From an uncultured Bacteroidales bacterium (GTDB lineage: Bacteria; Bacteroidota; Bacteroidia; Bacteroidales; UBA10428): a DNA stretch of 64,000 nt. The number at the start of each line of letters is the position of its first letter. Positions within the stretch are counted from its first letter, which is position 1. This document shows, in pieces, positions 1 through 6,658 of this stretch. Location of the stretch: positions 64,327 to 128,326 of the forward strand of contig CAZTSR010000003.1 in assembly GCA_964615995.1 (NCBI GenBank). Reading direction: 5' to 3'. Below the pieces are notes generated by a model. It did no database searches. It was not told the DNA's origin and worked only from the letters and a program-made list of their open reading frames with translations. Made by a program: the position numbers and the translations under genes.

Positions 1-620
1 GCTTTAATCTTTTTGTAGAAACCTCCGATACTCGAAACACTATAAGCCAACAGCCATGCAATGATTATAACCGGTAATCCTGTAATAAAAGCATATACCA
101 CAGGAAGGTATAAGCCTGAGGGGCTGGCTATTGAAATTGGAACTAACATTCCAAAATACAACATACCACTATAGGGACAGAAAGCAAGGGCAAAGACTAT
201 TCCCAACAATAATGCGCTTAAACTGCTTCCTTTTTTGGGAGATTCAGTCAGCATATCTGTGAGCTTGTTAAATGCAGGAAATTTGATTTTAAACAAATCG
301 AGCATAAAAATTCCTATCAGTATCAACAGGGGACCTAACAGACGTTCACCATATACCTGAAAGACTTTTGCCACATGAAATTTACTTGCTCCAAAATAAA
401 GTACAATTCCCAGGGCTGTATAACTCAATGCCCTGCCAAGAGTATAAACCAAACCATTAATGAAGATCTTCTGTTTGTTTTCAATATCCTTGCTTATAAA
501 TCCAATAGCCGTAATATTTGTAGCCAAAGGACATGGGCTTATTGCCGTCATAAATCCAAGAATTATGGCAGTAAAGAATGGTGTTCCGGTATTGTCCAGC
601 AAATGCTGCAAGTATTCCAT
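1..620 (-). CDS. CcdA/DsbD-family transmembrane thiol-disulfide protein (ArsG-like permease family); C-terminal part cut by window edge
   Basis: Not in the ORF track because it runs off the window. Manual reverse translation from ATG at 618-620 gives MEYLQHLLDNTGTPFFTAIILGFMTAISPCPLATN...LAFCPYSGMLYFG... and stays open to position 1. It is multi-TM with two Cys-Pro motifs typical of CcdA/DsbD cores. It starts 5 nt after the upstream gene stop. Confidence 0.75.
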   Translation of the reverse strand, partial: MEYLQHLLDNTGTPFFTAIILGFMTAISPCPLATNITAIGFISKDIENKQKIFINGLVYTLGRALSYTALGIVLYFGASKFHVAKVFQVYGERLLGPLLILIGIFMLDLFKIKFPAFNKLTDMLTESPKKGSSLSALLLGIVFALAFCPYSGMLYFGMLVPISIASPSGLYLPVVYAFITGLPVIIIAWLLAYSVSSIGGFYKKIK

Positions 621-625
621 TTTGA

Positions 626-1048
626 TTATTTAAGCATTTTGTCTACAGTGGACTTAACAAGTTTATTCATTTCCTTAGGATTACCGATACCATAGGAAAA
701 TGCCTGTTCGGTTAGTTCAACGGTCTGACCTGAATTATCATTTTTTACGAATAACAGCTTATTCCAGGCAGCTTCATATTTTTCAGCTAAAGCCTTGTTC
801 TGACTTTCTTCAACATTGATTGATTCGAACTTAATAGTTCCATTGTCAAGCTGAGCTTTATATAAAGCGTTTAAAGCATTAACAGTGCCTTTTTCTGCAT
901 TAATACAACCCTGGCAACGGTGTGTGCCATGAAAGAAATAAACGAGAACTTTGGCATTCTTTGTTATTGATGACTTGCTGTTACTCTGCTGGGCGAATCC
1001 ATTACAACCCATGATTACGAATGCAAATGCAAGGATTAAGTTTTTCAT
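626..1048 (-). CDS. exported thioredoxin-fold protein with CxxC motif (resembles ArsF-family proteins of arsenical gene clusters)
   Basis: 140 aa. Signal/lipobox-like N-terminus MKNLILAFAFVIMGC. CQGC redox motif in FFHGTHRCQGC. Lies in an operon with CcdA-like and thioredoxin genes. The family name is from memory and was not searched. Confidence 0.6.
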   Translation of the reverse strand: MKNLILAFAFVIMGCNGFAQQSNSKSSITKNAKVLVYFFHGTHRCQGCINAEKGTVNALNALYKAQLDNGTIKFESINVEESQNKALAEKYEAAWNKLLFVKNDNSGQTVELTEQAFSYGIGNPKEMNKLVKSTVDKMLK

Positions 1049-1083
1049 AATATGAAATGTTTTGATTTAATTGTTGTTTTGTT

Positions 1084-1329
1084 TTATGCAGATGTATTTT
1101 TTGAAATAATTTCCTTTATCTCCTTAACCGAAGGCACACGGCCATACAATGCTACTTTTTCATCAATTACCAATGCAGGTGTTCTCATAATACCGTAGGA
1201 CATAATTTTTTGTATATCCTCCACTTTTTCAATCTGAGCATGAATACCCAACTCAGAAATAGCCAACTGCGTTGCTTTTTCAAGATTTTTGCAATTGGCA
1301 CAACCAGTTCCTAATACTTTTATTACCAT
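1084..1329 (-). CDS. small thioredoxin-family protein (redox-active disulfide protein 2 type)
   Basis: 81 aa. N-terminal MVIKVLGTGCANCKNL with a CxxC motif, typical of the small thioredoxin-like proteins found next to DUF318 permeases and ArsR. Confidence 0.8.
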   Translation of the reverse strand: MVIKVLGTGCANCKNLEKATQLAISELGIHAQIEKVEDIQKIMSYGIMRTPALVIDEKVALYGRVPSVKEIKEIISKNTSA

Positions 1330-1342
1330 GATTTAATAAATT

Positions 1343-2125
1343 TTATACAGGTTTTATTTTATTATAAATTGCTGTTAAATATTGGTCGTAATAACCATTA
1401 ATAGTTTCTTCTACTTCAGCCAAAGGGCGAACGGGAACAAGGTCAGCGACTTCTTCAAAAGTTAAACCGGATTTAAACAGTGTTTCAGTTGAACCTCCCA
1501 GCATTCCGGCAATTGCTGTTTGAGCTTCTTTTTCGTCCATACCAAAGGAAAGGGCAAGTTCCTTAAGTTTTTGAATCTGGAAAAAGAAATACGTATGTCC
1601 CATTGCGCTAATTACAGCATAAGCCTCAATCTTTTCTTCTTTTACTTCAGGAATAAAGCCCAGCGGTTTCAGAATATTTAAAATATTGGTTTTATCCTCC
1701 TGGTCCATTAATGGAGAAAAAGCAATAGGATTTACACCCTGATTGACAATGGCCGATGCGCTTGGATTCATTCTGGCTATGTTTTTAAAACCGTTTAAGG
1801 CAGCTTCCATTTTTTCAATGGTGATTTTAGGCGCCAGGGAAATGAGAACAGAATCTTTGGCAAGATTATCCTTAATTTTACCTAAGCTTTCCATTAAAAC
1901 AGGTGGATGTAAAGCAATAAAAACTATCTGCTTATTTGCTGTTTTTGCAATATCATCTGAAATGGTTGTAATCTCTGGAAATTTGGATTTAAGCGATTTT
2001 AGTACAGTTTCATCTGTATCAAATACAACCGAATCATTAATCTTAATATTGCTGTTTTTTAAGGCTTGCAATATGATGCGCGTTATGCGTCCGCCTCCTA
2101 TAAAGCCGAAAGAATATGTTTTCAT
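1343..2125 (-). CDS. NAD(P)-dependent oxidoreductase, pyrroline-5-carboxylate reductase-like
   Basis: 260 aa. N-terminal Rossmann motif FGFIGGGRITRIIL. ProC-like length and C-terminal helical region. Confidence 0.7.
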   Translation of the reverse strand: MKTYSFGFIGGGRITRIILQALKNSNIKINDSVVFDTDETVLKSLKSKFPEITTISDDIAKTANKQIVFIALHPPVLMESLGKIKDNLAKDSVLISLAPKITIEKMEAALNGFKNIARMNPSASAIVNQGVNPIAFSPLMDQEDKTNILNILKPLGFIPEVKEEKIEAYAVISAMGHTYFFFQIQKLKELALSFGMDEKEAQTAIAGMLGGSTETLFKSGLTFEEVADLVPVRPLAEVEETINGYYDQYLTAIYNKIKPV

Positions 2126-2160
2126 TTCTGAAAATTTATATGTTTAATAAAATATAACTG

Positions 2161-2481
2161 TTAGCAACCCTGGACTTTCTTTTCAAAGAACTCGATAAAG
2201 AGTCTTTTTGCATTTTCCCAATTCTCCTTATTGATGCAATACTTTACTTTAGGCGGTTCAATGCTTCCCTGAATAAGTCCTGATTCTTTCAATTCTTTTA
2301 AATGTTGTGAAACAGTTGCCTGAGCAATAGGCAATTCATTAAGAATATCGGTAAAACAGCAGTTACTCATGGAAGCAAGATGGTTCATAATTGCAACACG
2401 AGCAGGATGTCCTAACGCTTTTGCATACCTGGCAATTACCAACTCATCATTTTTGTAATCTGTACTAACCGGATGTGACAT
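2161..2481 (-). CDS. ArsR/SmtB-family metalloregulatory transcription factor
   Basis: 106 aa. wHTH core ARYAKALGHPARVAIMNHL...CCFTDILNELPIAQATVSQHLKELKESGLI, including the paired Cys typical of ArsR sensors. Confidence 0.85.
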   Translation of the reverse strand: MSHPVSTDYKNDELVIARYAKALGHPARVAIMNHLASMSNCCFTDILNELPIAQATVSQHLKELKESGLIQGSIEPPKVKYCINKENWENAKRLFIEFFEKKVQGC

Positions 2482-2522
2482 AATATTTGAATATTAATTT
2501 ATTACTGTTTAAAACGCGTCTT

Positions 2523-3560
2523 TTAAAAAATAAAATTGAACAGAAAGCCTACTATTATTATCCCAGTTGCTACAATACCAATAAAAGTGAGAATTAAAGG
2601 CATCCTTAGCACTTTGCGAAGTATAATCATTTCGGGTAATGATAAGCCTATTACAGACATCATAAAAGCCAATGCCGTACCCAAAGAAGCGCCCTTTTCA
2701 ATCAAAACGGAAACTATGGGTATTATCCCCGCAGCATTTGAATAAAGGGGTACCCCAATTAAAACCGATAACGGAACGGAATACCAGGCAGATTTACCCA
2801 TTATTGAAGCCATAAAAGATTCCGGTACATAGCCATGTGCGCCAGCGCCTACAGCTATACCCAAAGCAACATAAATCCAGACTTTGCTAACAATATCTTT
2901 TACAGCTACATATCCTAATTGTATGCGGCCCGCAAAACTTAGTTTTTCTTCAATGAGCGAATTGGAGCCCATTTGTGTTTTATATACCCAATCTTCTACC
3001 CATTTTTCTAATTTAAAGCGTCCAATAATCCAGCCTGATACAATTGCGATTGTTAATCCTGTAATCACATAAATAAGGGCTGTTTTCCATCCGAATAATC
3101 CCAAAAGCAGTATAACAGCAACCTCGTTTATCATAGGAGCTGCAATTAAGAATGAAAAAGTTACTCCTAAAGGCACGCCGGATTCGACAAATCCGAGAAA
3201 CAAAGGAATAGCAGAGCATGAGCAAAAAGGCGTTACTACGCCTAAAAGGCTTGCTAAAATATTACCTGTAAATTGCGATTTGCCTTCCAGAATTTTTCGG
3301 GTGCGTTCCGGCGAAAAATAAGAACGGATGATTCCTACAGCAAAAATGATTAAGGCTAATAACATAAGCACTTTCGGGAACTCAAACACAAAGAAACGAA
3401 TTGCCTCAGTCAGCTTGCTGCCTTTTGCCATTCCTGCTAAATCATAAATTAACCAATCTGTTAATGGTTGTAAAAAATGGTAGATTAAATACCATACAGG
3501 CAGTAATAGCAGGGGAATCAGAATTTTTCCAGTTGCGGTATTTAAAGAAACAGCCTTCAT
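2523..3560 (-). CDS. DUF318/ArsP_1-type permease
   Basis: Track ORF is 2523..3671. I prefer the start at MKAVSLNTATGKIL (ATG 3558-3560) because a TATATTTG -7 box lies 20-27 nt upstream. Polytopic membrane protein with a TPFCSCSAIPLF vicinal-Cys motif. Confidence 0.75.
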   Translation of the reverse strand: MKAVSLNTATGKILIPLLLLPVWYLIYHFLQPLTDWLIYDLAGMAKGSKLTEAIRFFVFEFPKVLMLLALIIFAVGIIRSYFSPERTRKILEGKSQFTGNILASLLGVVTPFCSCSAIPLFLGFVESGVPLGVTFSFLIAAPMINEVAVILLLGLFGWKTALIYVITGLTIAIVSGWIIGRFKLEKWVEDWVYKTQMGSNSLIEEKLSFAGRIQLGYVAVKDIVSKVWIYVALGIAVGAGAHGYVPESFMASIMGKSAWYSVPLSVLIGVPLYSNAAGIIPIVSVLIEKGASLGTALAFMMSVIGLSLPEMIILRKVLRMPLILTFIGIVATGIIIVGFLFNFIF

Positions 3561-3579
3561 ATATTTACATTGTTGTTCG

Positions 3580-3615
3580 CAAATATACGAATTGTGTTTC
3601 GTCAAATTACGAAAC
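3580..3615 (-). promoter_or_regulatory. candidate promoter (-7 box TATATTTG, 3580-3587 on minus) plus inverted-repeat operator GTTTCG-N8-CGAAAC (3596-3615)
   Basis: Exact match to the Bacteroidota TAnnTTTG -7 consensus upstream of the permease start. A perfect 6-bp-arm palindrome sits immediately upstream and is a plausible ArsR site. Confidence 0.45.
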
Positions 3616-3946
3616 AAAGTGAAAATTTTTAAAAAAAATATAAGTAAATAGTAATCAATTACAAAAACCACAAATTATCTTTCCCGAAGGGTGGTATTTC
3701 GTGCCCTTCGAAGTGAGGGAACATTTCGGCTGCTAATTCGGGATATTTGATTGTTATGGGTAAATTCCGTTAATGAACGGTGATTGGTAAGCGACAGCCT
3801 TTCAGGAATGAAAAAGATATCCCTATTTAAAAGCAGATTTCCTATGATGCTCTTTCACTGTGCAATATTGGTTGAAAAAAATACGAAACCAAAGATTCAA
3901 ATCAAAGACAAAAAATATAGCTTTAAAGTTTATAAAAATTCCGCCC

Positions 3947-6658
3947 ATGTTTTTATTTCCAGTTACTTTAAAAAAAGTCCAAAAATGGGCTTCCAAAGGT
4001 AAATATGATTTGTTAATTGAAGTCCTTGGTGACCCCAAGTGTAAAACTGACATAAAAATCGAAACCATTCATCTACTTGGCAAAAAGAAAGTAACAAAAG
4101 CCATTCCTGTTTTAACCGCCTTGATTCATGAGTTGCCTCTTAGAAAATCATTAATTGCCTGTTATGGAAATTTAAGGGACACCAGGATATATGATACGTT
4201 AATTAATCTGCTCCATCACGACAAAGAAAACATACCTGAAATTGTTCGTGATTTAGAGAATATCCATTATCCCGATGCAATACCCGTCCTGTTAAAGATG
4301 GTTGCCAGTGGTTCAGCAGATGATGCTATCCTTCATTCGATTAAGGTAATAGCCGACAAAAATGAAAGCTACGATGACATACTGAAAAGTTTCACTCCGG
4401 ATCAAACAGAATCCTGCTTAATTTTGCTTTGCAAAATATTGGCCGGTAATGATAAAAAAGAAATACAGACCAAACTCAATGCGTATATTTTTACAGAAAA
4501 TGCGCTGTTCAGGAAAGAAATAGGTCTTGCAAAAAAAACCAAAAAAGAAAATCAATGGGCTGACTGGCTGAAAGGTGATGCCGACGATTTCCGGCGACTG
4601 GCTGCTTCAGATGAGGAATATGTTTATGATATGCTCATGGATCAATATGAAAAAGGCCATAAAATTTTGGATCCATATCAGGATGTTTTTGCAAACCATA
4701 TTATAAGGATGGCTGATGCTGCATTCAGAGAAAGAGCGCTTTGTTTTATTGAAAAGCATAAGCTGGTTAGGGCGGCTGCAGAACTGGTGAATCATATCAG
4801 TAATTATGATGGCCAAATTCGGTTGAGAATAGCTAAAACACTGTCTGCTTTAGATATTCATGATTATAACGACGTGATAAAAGGAGATACACAGGATTTT
4901 ATACGTTTATTCGATCATAATCCCAGGGAAGGCGGAAATTTACTTAAGGAAATGGTGACGCACACATTTCCGCTTACCAAGGAAGAGCTGCAAATCTTAG
5001 CTGAAATTATTTCCGATTTAGGGAAGTCAAATAAACCAGAAGCTGTTGATGTTTTAGTTGCCGGTGTCAATGAAACATCATCAATAGGAGAAAAATGCTT
5101 TGACGCTATTCAGCAAGCCGGCAATGAAAGATTTGATGCAATTCTTTCCGGTATGTTGATCTCTTATAAAGACAAAACACGGATAAAAGCAGCAAAAAAG
5201 CTTGATCAGTTAGGAGATCATCGATGGGTGGATATTGTAAAGGGTGATGACAATGATATTGAACGCCTCTGTCTAGCTGGTTGTAAAGCTGCAATCGACA
5301 AAGAAATTATTTGCCTTGGAATGGACAGATATATTCGCGAAAAAGCAGCCCATATATTGTTGAAGGTATTGAAGAACAATCCCCAGGATGTTCTGAACTG
5401 GTCAGATATCGGGAAATCGATAACAACGCCTCATAAGGATGTACATGAAGACAATCATTCAGATCATGAAAGGACATCGGATTGCCATAGTGATAACGAA
5501 GGCCGTTCCATACATGAGGATTTGGGTTTTAACCTGACTTTTAATAATGAACAGCTTAAGTTTTTCAATGAGGTCGATTACGCTGACAGACGCAAGAAGA
5601 ATACCATTTCTGAAGAATATCTCATCGAGATGTTTGAGTCAAATCAGGATTCTTTAAGAGAGGATATGTTTGAAGATGCCAGACAGTTCTCCTCGGAAAA
5701 GCTGATTGAAGTAATAGGCAGGCTGGTTGAAAAAGAGGGTAAATATTCAAAAAAAGCATTTGAATATCTTTTGCTGCATAAGGTTGCCGCTTTACCGTAT
5801 TTTATAAAATCATTGTTATCCTATAGAGATGAAGACATCATCAGGGAAATTATTGCTGCCGGAGCACAGTCTTATAAGCTTCTTATTGATTTGTTATCTG
5901 AAAGCAAAAAAGTTCAATATGTAATTGAAGTGTTGGGGTTACTTGGCAATAAGCAGGCCATTGATCATATATTTCCTTATTTAACTTTCCGCGATGATAA
6001 AGCAGTCAGAATGAGTTCTGCAGGTGCTATGATCCATCTGGGTGAAACAGATTGGAAAGATATAATATTTGGAGATGATGATGATTTTGAGCGACTTGTA
6101 TTGAAGTGCGATGTCAGGTTGCTGAGTTGGTATAAAACCTCTTTTGTTGACATTCAATTTAGTTATCTTAAGGTACTTCTTGCCAAAACTTTAGCCCGGT
6201 TGGGTGAGAAGGAATTAGCAGGAGAAGTCAGAGAGCTGTTGATATCACCAAATCATAACGTTACAGATGTTGCCGGGGCCCTGGCCATGATTGACAGTAC
6301 CGACTGGAGTAAAGTAATCCTGGGCAACGAATCGGATTTTAAACGAATTGCCGGGGTTTGTAATATAGATGCTGTTAAAGTTTTGCTTGTCTTTTTAAAA
6401 GCCGCTGAAAGGGGAACCAGGGCAGCTGCAGCAGAAAGTCTGATCTCTATCGCAAAAGTCAATTTTTCTGTTGTTCAGGATGAATGGAAATCTATAACAG
6501 CCACTATCGCTCAGAAACACGAGGACAGCAGCAAACATGTGAGTCACTGGGCCGAAACACGATCGGGTGATTGTCATTCCGATTATATTTCACATACAGA
6601 TACCGGACTGGGTTTGACAATCTCAGATGATTTAGATTTGCGGGCTGATGACAAATAA
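3947..6658 (+). CDS. large HEAT (PBS-lyase-like) repeat protein, internally duplicated, each half ending in a His/Asp/Cys-rich DCHSD module
   Basis: Track ORF is 3860..6658 (932 aa). The ATG at 3947 (MFLFPVTLKK) is preferred because the first 29 codons are low-complexity and promoter-like. HEAT-like repeats are present (KAIPVLTALIHELP, DAIPVLLKMV, LGNKQAIDHIFPYL). The ORF overlaps the downstream rSAM gene by 11 nt. Confidence 0.8.
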   Translation: MFLFPVTLKKVQKWASKGKYDLLIEVLGDPKCKTDIKIETIHLLGKKKVTKAIPVLTALIHELPLRKSLIACYGNLRDTRIYDTLINLLHHDKENIPEIVRDLENIHYPDAIPVLLKMVASGSADDAILHSIKVIADKNESYDDILKSFTPDQTESCLILLCKILAGNDKKEIQTKLNAYIFTENALFRKEIGLAKKTKKENQWADWLKGDADDFRRLAASDEEYVYDMLMDQYEKGHKILDPYQDVFANHIIRMADAAFRERALCFIEKHKLVRAAAELVNHISNYDGQIRLRIAKTLSALDIHDYNDVIKGDTQDFIRLFDHNPREGGNLLKEMVTHTFPLTKEELQILAEIISDLGKSNKPEAVDVLVAGVNETSSIGEKCFDAIQQAGNERFDAILSGMLISYKDKTRIKAAKKLDQLGDHRWVDIVKGDDNDIERLCLAGCKAAIDKEIICLGMDRYIREKAAHILLKVLKNNPQDVLNWSDIGKSITTPHKDVHEDNHSDHERTSDCHSDNEGRSIHEDLGFNLTFNNEQLKFFNEVDYADRRKKNTISEEYLIEMFESNQDSLREDMFEDARQFSSEKLIEVIGRLVEKEGKYSKKAFEYLLLHKVAALPYFIKSLLSYRDEDIIREIIAAGAQSYKLLIDLLSESKKVQYVIEVLGLLGNKQAIDHIFPYLTFRDDKAVRMSSAGAMIHLGETDWKDIIFGDDDDFERLVLKCDVRLLSWYKTSFVDIQFSYLKVLLAKTLARLGEKELAGEVRELLISPNHNVTDVAGALAMIDSTDWSKVILGNESDFKRIAGVCNIDAVKVLLVFLKAAERGTRAAAAESLISIAKVNFSVVQDEWKSITATIAQKHEDSSKHVSHWAETRSGDCHSDYISHTDTGLGLTISDDLDLRADDK

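Noticed and set aside
375-695. 106-aa plus-strand ORF in the track
   Set aside because: It lies antisense to the continuous CcdA-like reading frame (1-620, minus), which has clear family motifs. Its own sequence is low-complexity and it spans the intergenic gap. It is a shadow ORF.
3672-3860. Hairpin CGAAGGG-N12-CCCTTCG (about 3686-3711) and CCGTT-AATGA-AACGG, considered as a riboswitch or gene remnant. A 21-codon minus-strand ORF MFPHFEGHEIPPFGKDNLWFL is also readable.
   Set aside because: I could recognise no known riboswitch consensus. The tiny ORF is largely the translation of the palindrome itself. Left unannotated.
3860-3946. N-terminal extensions offered by the ORF track (HEAT protein 3860, permease 3671, pyrD 32354, ftsY 61552, ATPase 37783, DUF4197-like 43953, HTH 31893, 16027 ORF)
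   Set aside because: The extensions are low-complexity, overlap upstream genes or promoter boxes, and precede much better N-termini (signal peptides or conserved family starts).
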